This document shows positions 15,099 to 23,500 of a DNA stretch of 24,269 nt, one piece after another. A model generated the notes under the pieces. The model was given only the letters and a program-made list of their open reading frames with translations, was not told where the DNA came from and did not search any database. The stretch is taken from contig JBJHCF010000060.1 of assembly GCA_050506795.1 (NCBI GenBank), positions 1-24,269 on the forward strand, read 5' to 3'. How positions within the stretch are numbered: position 1 is the stretch's first letter; every line of letters starts with the position of its first letter. Both the position numbers and the translations under genes were made by a program. Source of the DNA: Opitutia bacterium (lineage in GTDB: Bacteria > Verrucomicrobiota > Verrucomicrobiia > Opitutales > T3Sed10-336).

Positions 15099-17039
15099 AT
15101 GCCCAAGACCCGACGCAAGACCACGGCCAAACCCGATCCATCCCGCTTCTGGATCAGCCGGGACGGCATTATCACCGCCCAGGAAATCAAGGATAGCGAT
15201 ACCCTTCGCCTGGAAGTGGAATTTTCCGTACCCGATCCCGGGGAACGGGCGTTTCTCGCCGAACGCCTCGAACGGCTTCAGTTCAGCGAACGTTCCCGTC
15301 TGGCGCGTGTCGGCACGGAAATCCTGCTCAAGTCGGAACCCGAGATCATCGGCCGCACCATCCGGGTCGTTTGCGAGGCGTTTGTCATTGATCCGCGCTT
15401 TCCCACCAGCGATTGTTTCATGCGCCTGCTCACACCCGGCATCCGGGTCGGCCGCCTTTTCCTGGCGCCGGAGCAATCCAAGCTGACCTCCAATGAAATC
15501 TGGGAGGCCGTGCACGAGAACCGTATCAAACTTCCCAACACGGTATCCATCGACCGTTTGGGCCAGGTTTACTTCACCCCCCATCGGGCATCCTATTCCA
15601 TTCCCTCGGGAATCGCCGAACGCGAATTGGCCGCCTTGATATCCGGCGACCGTCCCCGCTCCTACCTCGATAAGATTCAGCTTCGCGAGCCGGTTGAAAA
15701 CCTGGCCATTCCTCCGGATTCCGGAATTCTCACCAGTTGCTCGATGTATCTTCCCGAACACTACGCGGTACTGCGACGGAACAGCGACCACTTCGGGGTA
15801 CACACTGGGGCGGTGCTGCTGGACCCGGTGAAAACCTTCGGCACCAACGTGATGCTCGAGATCTACAACGCCAGCGATCAAACGGTGGTTAACCCGGTGG
15901 TTTCTCTCGACATCTACCACGCTCCCAAACCCAGCCGCGTCGAAACCGATTCCCTACGGGCAAAACGGGTCTCCTTCCAGCGCGACCTCAAGTCGGTCTA
16001 CGAAGGACTGGCGGAGCCCCCCATCGAAAGCGACAAACGCGTCCGGCCGCGAGCGAACATCGAGCTCAAAGGACAAAGCCCCTGGGACGTCAACGAAAGC
16101 CTGGTGCTGCCCCTCGCCAACAAAACCATCCGGCGACGGACCCTGCGCGAGGAGGTGCGGGGTTATCAAACGCTTTCCCAGGCACTGTCCCAGGCAGACG
16201 GCGAGGCGGACACTCTGGTGATGCAGACCTTTCCCAATCTGTCGGAACACATCGAAATCCTCGCCCGCGGCAAATCCCTGCACCTGAAACGCCTGATTTT
16301 CCGCAACGCATCCCGTACCCATGCCTTTTTCCTGCCTGAGCGCGCCCAGGCTCAGTTGGAAACCTACCGTGAAATGGGCCTGGAGGTGTACTGGTACAAC
16401 GAGCAGTTCGACACGCTGTTCGTGCACACCTACAAAAAAGATCGCGGCTTTTTCATCCGGGAAGAGCACCTCCGGCAATTTCAGGCTTCGACCATCCTGG
16501 CGTTCTATGGATCCGGCGAAACCCTGACCGCGGAGGTCAAATCCAATATGGAGAATCTGCTCACCACCCTGGTGGAGTTTTTCGGACGACGGGTCGGCGT
16601 ATTGACCGGAGGGGGCGGCGGGATAATGGAACACGCCACCGAGACCGCCCGCACACAAGGGTGCCTGCGTGGGGCCTGCTTTCTCGAGTTGGAAGCGGTG
16701 GAGGACGTTCTCGAGGTCGATTTCTTCAACACCTTCCAGGAAACCGCCCGGCACAACCGTCAGAAGTGGTTTGAACTGGCGGACTTCTGTATCTTCAACG
16801 TCGGCGGAGTCGGCACCCTGGAGGAGATTGGCATCGAACTCTGCAACCTGAAGCTGGGAATTCGGCCGTGCGCCCCGATGGTTTTTTTTAGCAGCCAACA
16901 TTGGGATTCGCTCCGCGGTCAGGTCGAAAAAATGGTCGAAACCGGGCGCACTCCCGCATGGATGCTGGATTACCTGCTTTTCACCGCCAGCCCGACCGAA
17001 GTGGTGCGCTTTTACCAGAAAAAACTGGAATTGCTTTAA
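15099..17039 (+). CDS. Large LOG/SLOG-family protein (putative nucleotide monophosphate nucleosidase) with ~460-aa N-terminal extension
   Basis: The C-terminal ~180 aa carry ILAFYGS, VLTGGGGGIME, R.K.F...D..IF.VGGVGTLEEI, P.VFF...HW. The N-terminal part has dCTP-deaminase-like motifs (see findings). Confidence 0.85.
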   Translation: MPKTRRKTTAKPDPSRFWISRDGIITAQEIKDSDTLRLEVEFSVPDPGERAFLAERLERLQFSERSRLARVGTEILLKSEPEIIGRTIRVVCEAFVIDPRFPTSDCFMRLLTPGIRVGRLFLAPEQSKLTSNEIWEAVHENRIKLPNTVSIDRLGQVYFTPHRASYSIPSGIAERELAALISGDRPRSYLDKIQLREPVENLAIPPDSGILTSCSMYLPEHYAVLRRNSDHFGVHTGAVLLDPVKTFGTNVMLEIYNASDQTVVNPVVSLDIYHAPKPSRVETDSLRAKRVSFQRDLKSVYEGLAEPPIESDKRVRPRANIELKGQSPWDVNESLVLPLANKTIRRRTLREEVRGYQTLSQALSQADGEADTLVMQTFPNLSEHIEILARGKSLHLKRLIFRNASRTHAFFLPERAQAQLETYREMGLEVYWYNEQFDTLFVHTYKKDRGFFIREEHLRQFQASTILAFYGSGETLTAEVKSNMENLLTTLVEFFGRRVGVLTGGGGGIMEHATETARTQGCLRGACFLELEAVEDVLEVDFFNTFQETARHNRQKWFELADFCIFNVGGVGTLEEIGIELCNLKLGIRPCAPMVFFSSQHWDSLRGQVEKMVETGRTPAWMLDYLLFTASPTEVVRFYQKKLELL

Positions 17040-17049
17040 CCGTGCGCAC

Positions 17050-17907
17050 TCACTCAAGGATCTCCACCACAACCGCCGTGGTGTTGTCCCGGCCCGAGCC
17101 CAGAACACTTTCCCGAACCAGGCTTTCGGCACAGCTCCACTGACGGACCCGCTCGGGCCGGTCGCGGATCAGGTGGTCGATTCCGTTGGGAGAAAGTCCG
17201 TCAATCAAACCGTCGGTACACAGAACAAACCGATCGCCCGCCTCGTAACCGACCGCTCCCTGCTGGGGATCGATGCGCTGGTGCCCTGCCGCCAGGGCCT
17301 GGCTGAGCTGATTGCGCCCCGGGTGAAACCGGGCCTGGGTTTCCGTAATCTGACCGGTCCGCAGGAGCCAGCCGACGTGGGTGTGGTCGTGGGTCAGCTG
17401 TTTGATCCCTCCCGCCTTGGGAAGATAATATATGCGGCTGTCGCCGACATGACAAAAATTCATCCACTCCGGCTGAAACCAGCACATGCTGAGAGTCGTC
17501 CCCATGTCCCGACACTCCTCATACGCCCGGCCCATGGCGATGATCGCCTGGTGAATCTCGCTAAAAAGATGATCCAGCAAATCAGCCGATCCGCGGCGCA
17601 ATCCCATGGCGTCCATGCGGAAGACCGAAGGGGCCAGCTCGGTGATCTTCTCCACCGCGATCCGGCTGGCGAACTCGCCCGCCTTGTGGCCCCCCATTCC
17701 GTCACTGACGGCGAACACAAAATCCCCGCGCTCAAAATCCGACTCACCCACTTTTCCCAGCCGGGTGACTTCCCTCGCGTTAAGAGTCAACGCCAGAAAG
17801 GCATCCTCGTTGTTCTTGCGAAACCGCCCCACATCGGTCAACCCAGACCAGTTCAGGCGAGCATTCAGGGGGGCTTTGCTTTCCGTTCCGGATTCAATTT
17901 CTGACAT
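17050..17907 (-). CDS. PP2C/PPM-family Ser/Thr protein phosphatase
   Basis: TDVGRFRKNNEDA, VSDGMGGH, MGTT, HVGDSRIY, LTHDH, LCTDGL, GRDNTT. Confidence 0.93.
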   Translation of the reverse strand: MSEIESGTESKAPLNARLNWSGLTDVGRFRKNNEDAFLALTLNAREVTRLGKVGESDFERGDFVFAVSDGMGGHKAGEFASRIAVEKITELAPSVFRMDAMGLRRGSADLLDHLFSEIHQAIIAMGRAYEECRDMGTTLSMCWFQPEWMNFCHVGDSRIYYLPKAGGIKQLTHDHTHVGWLLRTGQITETQARFHPGRNQLSQALAAGHQRIDPQQGAVGYEAGDRFVLCTDGLIDGLSPNGIDHLIRDRPERVRQWSCAESLVRESVLGSGRDNTTAVVVEILE

Positions 17908-17922
17908 AGAGGGAGTTTTTTC

Positions 17923-18363
17923 TCATTCGGACTTTTCAGCTTCGTCACGCTGCGACGATTCCACATCCTTAAGCAGCAAACCCTCACCGGTTTCGGTGAT
18001 CAAGGCGAATTCAAAATCGATGACGCAGAACCTCCCGGTCTGCGGATTGTAGGTGATATTACGCGCCGCCCGATCGTCGTGCTGCACCCCGAACCCCAGC
18101 AATTCGTCGAACAGCTCGTTCACCTTCTCCTCGCTGATCCGCGAGACAATGCGGCCCGCGTTCGAGGTCACCAGGTAAAGATCCTCCGGATGCTCCTCCA
18201 CCACCCGCGGAACGAAATCGCACCCCTTCTCTTCCAGATAGCGCAAAATCCGAAGTTCGTTCTCGTAACGCTCTTTCGCTTTCGGCCCCCGGTAACGCTT
18301 GTGAACCAGCCCATCGTATCCGATGCGAACGGTGGCCACCGCCGAATCCTTCATTTCCCTCAT
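17923..18363 (-). CDS. Minimal protein-kinase-like (RIO/Kdo/APH-type fold) protein, 146 aa
   Basis: VHK (beta3 Lys), ENE (helix C Glu), VPRV, catalytic loop HDDRAARN (HxDxxxxN), IDFE (DFG equivalent). Confidence 0.82.
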   Translation of the reverse strand: MREMKDSAVATVRIGYDGLVHKRYRGPKAKERYENELRILRYLEEKGCDFVPRVVEEHPEDLYLVTSNAGRIVSRISEEKVNELFDELLGFGVQHDDRAARNITYNPQTGRFCVIDFEFALITETGEGLLLKDVESSQRDEAEKSE

Positions 18364-18444
18364 GAATCCAATTTTTCGCTATGATGAATAAAATGCATCA
18401 CATCCGCTGATCAAAAGTGACCAATTTGATTTGTTTTTTCTTCT

Positions 18445-18460
18445 TGGCACAACACCTGCT
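18445..18460 (+). promoter_or_regulatory. Sigma54 (-24/-12) promoter of glutamine synthetase
   Basis: TGGCACAACACCTGCT matches TGGCAC-N5-TTGCW with exact GG-N10-GC spacing, is preceded by a T-tract, and lies ~100 nt upstream of the GS start. Confidence 0.8.
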
Positions 18461-18558
18461 GAATGCATGGATGAGTCAACTAATCTCGTCCTCTCAAGGG
18501 GTTTTGCAAGCGGGATTCTCAAACTGATTCTCAACTCTCAGACAACAACACCAAAACT

Positions 18559-19575
18559 ATGGCTAAATACAAGCTCGAATACATCTGGCTCGATGGATAT
18601 CAGCCGGTACCCAATCTTCGCGGGAAAACCCGCATCGCCACCGAGGCGCCCAAATCAGTCGACGACTGTCCACTGTGGGGGTTCGACGGCAGTTCAACTC
18701 AGCAGGCCGAGGGGCACAGCTCCGACTGCATGCTCAAACCGGTCGCCCTCTATCCGGATGCCAGCCGCGGAGACAACGCGTTCCTCGTCCTGTGCGAGGT
18801 CATGATGCCCGACGGCGAAACACCGCATCCGTCGAATATGCGGGCCACCATTGAAGACGACCCGAAGGCCTGGTTCGGATTCGAGCAGGAGTATTTCCTG
18901 TTCCGCGACAAGCGGCCGCTTGGCTGGCCCACCGACGGCTATCCGAATCCGCAGGGGGAATACTACACCGGCGTCGGCTACGCCAACGTAGGTGACACCG
19001 CCCGTGAGCTCGTCGACAAGCACCTGGATCTCTGCCTCGCCGCCGGCATCAACCACGAAGGAATCAATGCCGAGGTGGCCAAGGGGCAGTGGGAGTTTCA
19101 AATCTTCGCCAAGGGGTCGAGAAAGTGCGCTGACGATATCTGGATCGCCCGTTACATCCTCCTGCGTCTCTGCGAGAAGTACGGGGTCGACGTTGAATGG
19201 CATTGCAAACCCTTCCTGGGGGACTGGAACGGTTCCGGCATGCACTGCAACTTCTCCACCGAGTACATGCGCGAGGTCGGGGGCGAGGCCTACTTCAAGA
19301 AACTGATGGAGGCCTTCGAGCGGAACAAGGACGAACATATCGCCGCCTACGGTCCGGACAACCATCTGCGCCTGACCGGACTCCACGAGACCCAGTCAAT
19401 CGACAAGTTCTCCTGGGGAGTGGCCGATCGCGGGGCTTCCATCCGGGTTCCGCACAGCTTCGTCAACAACGGCTACAAAGGCTACCTGGAAGACCGGCGT
19501 CCGAACTCGCAGGGCGACCCCTACCAGATCGCGGCCCGTATTCTGCGGACCGTAAACGAAGTTCCGACTTCGTAA
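18559..19575 (+). CDS. glnII: Glutamine synthetase type II (eukaryote-like GSII), 338 aa
   Basis: LEYIWLDG, LRGKT, WGFDGSSTQQAEG, WFGFEQEY, QGEYY.GVG, INAEVAKGQWEFQ, DWNGSGMHCNFS, RLTGLHET, RGASIRVP, GYLEDRRP. The length is typical of GSII. Confidence 0.95.
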   Translation: MAKYKLEYIWLDGYQPVPNLRGKTRIATEAPKSVDDCPLWGFDGSSTQQAEGHSSDCMLKPVALYPDASRGDNAFLVLCEVMMPDGETPHPSNMRATIEDDPKAWFGFEQEYFLFRDKRPLGWPTDGYPNPQGEYYTGVGYANVGDTARELVDKHLDLCLAAGINHEGINAEVAKGQWEFQIFAKGSRKCADDIWIARYILLRLCEKYGVDVEWHCKPFLGDWNGSGMHCNFSTEYMREVGGEAYFKKLMEAFERNKDEHIAAYGPDNHLRLTGLHETQSIDKFSWGVADRGASIRVPHSFVNNGYKGYLEDRRPNSQGDPYQIAARILRTVNEVPTS

Positions 19576-19590
19576 GGAACTTACGGGTTT

Positions 19591-19629
19591 ACAAAAAAAC
19601 GGCCGGGGAAATCCCGGCCGTTTTTTTGT
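19591..19629. terminator. Bidirectional rho-independent terminator
   Basis: ACAAAAAAACGGCCGGG-GAAAT-CCCGGCCGTTTTTTTGT: perfect 17-bp arms with 7-nt A and T tracts, between the convergent glnII and SLT genes. Confidence 0.92.
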
Positions 19630-19649
19630 TTGGACGAACGCTATTCGTG

Positions 19650-20222
19650 CTAGTCCCCCGGCAAAGCTACCGGCGCGATATTTCCGGCGAAAATCGCGCG
19701 ATAGACCTCGTTTCTGGGTGCCGGCATGCGTTCGATATCAAAGTCCGCCCTGGCGAACGCGTTGTGACCGTAACGATAGGAAACCGCCAGGTTGGGATAG
19801 GAGAAGGCATCCCTCTCCTCCAAAAAATCCCGGAGATACGCCAGGTAGGCGATTCCCTGATCCACATTCACCCGCCAACGCCAGGCGTGACGAAAAGGCC
19901 GATCGGTCACCATCTCCCAGGCCGGATAGCGAAGCTGCATCAAACCTCGCGCTCCGTCATTGGACGCATTAGCGTTAAACGTGCTCTCCGCTTTGATAAT
20001 GGCAAAAACGAACGCCGGGTCCAACTCGTATTCCGACGCGGTTTCGCGCACGTGGGCCCAGACCCGTTCCCGGGGAATATAATCCGGGGGTCGCGTAATC
20101 CAGTTCCAGAGCAACGACAACGCCATCAGGACCACGGCGCCCCCGACGATCCAGCAATCCGGCCGGCGGCGCCAACGGGTTACTCCGTCCAATCTCTCAA
20201 ATAACGCTGTGGTAACACTCAC
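19650..20222 (-). CDS. Membrane-anchored lytic transglycosylase (SLT domain)
   Basis: N-terminal TM, LDPAFVFAIIKAES (catalytic Glu), GARGLMQL, NVDQGIAYL. The start is uncertain. Confidence 0.85.
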   Translation of the reverse strand: MSVTTALFERLDGVTRWRRRPDCWIVGGAVVLMALSLLWNWITRPPDYIPRERVWAHVRETASEYELDPAFVFAIIKAESTFNANASNDGARGLMQLRYPAWEMVTDRPFRHAWRWRVNVDQGIAYLAYLRDFLEERDAFSYPNLAVSYRYGHNAFARADFDIERMPAPRNEVYRAIFAGNIAPVALPGD

Positions 20223-20250
20223 CCTTTCCCCGGTTAACGACCCAACACTC

Positions 20251-20541
20251 TTAGGTCAGCATGGCATCCACGATGGCGTGCCATTCCTCTTCCAACGAAA
20301 CCGCCGGCATTTTGCGCCCCGCCCGGGAATACCAGTAGGAAGCGTTGCCCTCGTCTCCTTCCTTCCGGTGCAAGTAAGCGTGCACCCAGGCCCCGTCGGA
20401 ACCCTCGTCCTCCTGGCAAGCCTGATGCGCACGATCCCAATCCCCTTTGCCGTCCCACCACAAAGCGCGCAGCGGCCCGCTCAAATCAGGCGACGGTTTG
20501 GGATCGTTCTCGATCGAATGGATAAATTCGGCTGAAGTCAT
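20251..20541 (-). CDS. Conserved small helical hypothetical protein
   Basis: LRALWWD.KGDWDRAH...Q...AWVHAYLHRKEGD..NA.YWY..AG is a pattern I recognise from a widespread family of unknown function. Confidence 0.85.
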   Translation of the reverse strand: MTSAEFIHSIENDPKPSPDLSGPLRALWWDGKGDWDRAHQACQEDEGSDGAWVHAYLHRKEGDEGNASYWYSRAGRKMPAVSLEEEWHAIVDAMLT

Positions 20542-20547
20542 GCCGTC

Positions 20548-20578
20548 ATAGGCTGCCTATTCCGGCTGCCGATGTCAA
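20548..20578 (-). promoter_or_regulatory. Putative sigma70 promoter with overlapping palindrome
   Basis: Minus strand TTGACA-17 nt-CAGCCT, ending 8 nt before the ATG at 20541. The palindrome ATAGGC-T-GCCTAT (20548-20560) covers the -10 box. Confidence 0.55.
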
Positions 20579-20597
20579 AAACCTAAATCATCTCCAT

Positions 20598-23500
20598 TCA
20601 AGGCGGCGTAAGCTCGCGAAGAGCGGGAAACCAGTCCGCCATTCTTTCGCGCACCGCATCCGGAATCCCGGCGGGTTCCAACTCCCGCCATTTTGTCAGG
20701 TAACCCTCGTTCTCGGATAGCTGATACGCGATCACCTCAAAAACCCGGCGACCCCAATCGTCTGGATGCGATCGACTCCAGTCGTCGGCCTTCCGGCGCA
20801 GGCGGTCGGCCCCGTCCGGTTCCCCAAGCAAGGGCTCCAGCATTTCCAGCAATGGCGCTTCGAGTTCACCGTCCTGGTTGCGACGACCGGCCTGGAGCCA
20901 ACGCGGCACGGTGGAGGCGAAAGGTTGCACAAACCACATGCCATACTCAAACGACGGACGATCTCTGAACAGATAATCCTCCAACAGGCGGAAATACTCC
21001 TCAAAGCTCTCCTGCTCCCACGACAACCCGGCCAACTGGATTCGCATCGTTTCGGTGAATCTGACCGGATTGATCCGGATTCCGGTTTGCCAGGCCCTGA
21101 TGGCGGATTCCGTTTGGCCCTGTCGCCGCAAGCGGAGTCCGATTTCCTCCATGATGTGATTGGTTGGCTGAATGCCATAATATTCGTCCATCGAACGGGC
21201 CTCCGGAGCCTCCCACTGCTCGAACCACCGGACGAGTTGTTCCATCTCTCCGGCCTCCTCGTACAGGGACAACGTGGCATTCAGGTTGAAAAACACCTCA
21301 GGATCACCGGTTCGAAGCAGAGCGTCAACAACCTCCACCGCCTCCGCACTGTATCCGTTCGCACTCAACCAGAGCGCGTAATCCATTCGGGTATCGAAAT
21401 CATGGTGACGCAAAGCCGCGGCCTCGTCGACCAAGGCCTTTTGCCGTTCCCTCGAATCTTCGGAATCGGCAACCCCATGGCTTTCGGCTTCCAACAGGAG
21501 GAGGCGGAAAGAACCGGGGAAGTCAGCTCTGATCGCCTGCAGGTAACCCCGGTATTCCTCCAATCCGTCCGTCTCCTCCAGAACCTCCAACGCCTCCCGC
21601 CGAAGCCCGGCTGGTGTTGGATCGATCGATTCCGCCCGCTCCTTCAGCAACACCGAACGCGCCGCTTCGACCAACCGATCGGCATCGCCCGTCGCTCGCG
21701 AGGACGCGATAAGAGCCTGGGTGAAACGTTCGCGCCCACGAAAATCCAGCGAGGCAAAATCGATCGCATCGAGGAGCGCCAGGCTTTCCGGGGCATGCCC
21801 TTCATTCACCAGCAATACGGCCCAGGCCGCGGCCTCGCCGGGGGCCGCGATCCCGGGTGTCATAGACCGGGCCGCGCGCGCCATGGCAGGCTCGTCTCCC
21901 AGGTCTCTCGCCAGCAGGAAACGCATGCCGGCCAGCCTAAACTCCAGCCTTTCATCGCCGTCGAGCCCGGCCAGCAGGTTTTCGGTCTGCTCGGGTCTCA
22001 GGTCCCGCGCAAAGAGAAACGCCGCCAGGTACCGCAGGTACGGTTCGTCGGTCTCGCTGACGGCGGTCGCGAGCCGGAGCCGAGCGGTCATGATGTCCCC
22101 CCGCCACCAATGGAGGCATACCTCGAGGAAGCGCAAAGCACCCAATCGCTCTCCGCCGCTGTCGGAAGCGACCGTTTCCATTGCCTCCCGAACCACCGGA
22201 AAGGCGTCCTGGGCAAGGAATGGCTGTAGCGCCTGATACGCTCCTTCCAATTCATGCCCTGAAAAATAAGGGTTGTCCGGTGGAAAGTGGGCGGATCCCC
22301 ACCATTCGAGAACCGGGAAATAAAACTCCGGGCCCGGCGCGGTTTCATCGGCGCCCGGGATCAACCGGTCGAAATAGCCGGACAAATGCTCCGCCAGCGC
22401 CGCGCCGTCGGCCTCCTCGCGCCAGCGCCACGCGGCCAGCTCGTTTCGCATGGCATCAAGCCGTCCCGGGCCGAAGGACGCCCGCCCCGCTTCGGTCGCG
22501 ATCAACTGATCGAATGCATCCTGCACCGCTTCCCGGTCCTGTACATTGTAGGCCAGATTCAATCGTTCCCACAGGCGGCTCAGGTCTTCCCGGTCGTCCA
22601 TATCCTCCATGCGCGAGCGAATCAAACCGCTCGCCCGCTCCCGATCCCCCAGGCGATGCAGCAGGTTCATCCGTTCCTGAAACATTTCCTCGTTCTGACG
22701 ATCGAGCGCTTCTCCTCCGGCCAGCCGATCAAAAATTCTGTCCACCGCCTCGATCATCCGGGGGCGCAGATGCGGAAAGGCCTCGAGCGAAGCGACGTAG
22801 CGATTGATCGCCCGGATCACAAAACGATCGGTCGCCTCATCCGGCGCGCCGCCCTCCAGGTACCGGTAGACCGCATCCATCATGGCTTCCGTAAACCCGG
22901 CGTTCGCCAGGGCGAGCACCCGTTCACCATGCGGAATCGAATCCACGTCCAATTCAGCGGTCAGGTTCCGCCGAAAGGTCCGCGGTTCTCCCCGGTCCAA
23001 CGCGTCATGTTTCCAATACAGGATCGCGGCATCACGGGCCTGCTCACGGGTTTCGATTTCAAAAAGCTCACGCATTCCGAAAAAGGCGTAGGCAACATGG
23101 GCGTCGGACCCATAGGTTCCCAGTCCAAAGGCCCGGTTGCGCAGGACCACGTAACGATCGAAAAACGCCTGATTCAAACGCGGAAATCCCTGTACAAGGC
23201 CGGTTCCACCGTCCCCCGGAAACCTGTCTCCAGCAAGATCTCGAAAATACTCCCGTGAACGGTCGGCGTTTCCGCGAAACAGCCAGTATTCCCCCAGGGC
23301 AAACCAGGCCGGCCAATCCGCATCCTCCTCCGCGGCCCGCACCAGTCCATCCAGCAAGTCCAGTTTCCCCAGGCCAAGCAATTCGGGAAACAGCGAGCGG
23401 ATGGTGAAAAGCGTTTCGGCGTGAGCCTCCAGGTCACGGACAAATTCCTCATCGCGATCCAGCCGGAGCAGGAATCGCCAATGATCCATCCGGTGTACCC

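Noticed and set aside
15954..17132. 392-aa antisense ORF
   Set aside because: It is antisense to the LOG gene and has no motifs.
18472..18558. Known glutamine (glnA) riboswitch
   Set aside because: I could not match the conserved core of the cyanobacterial glnA motif. Kept only as an unassigned leader.
20766..23258. 487-aa and 323-aa + strand ORFs
   Set aside because: They are antisense shadows of the large TPR-like gene.
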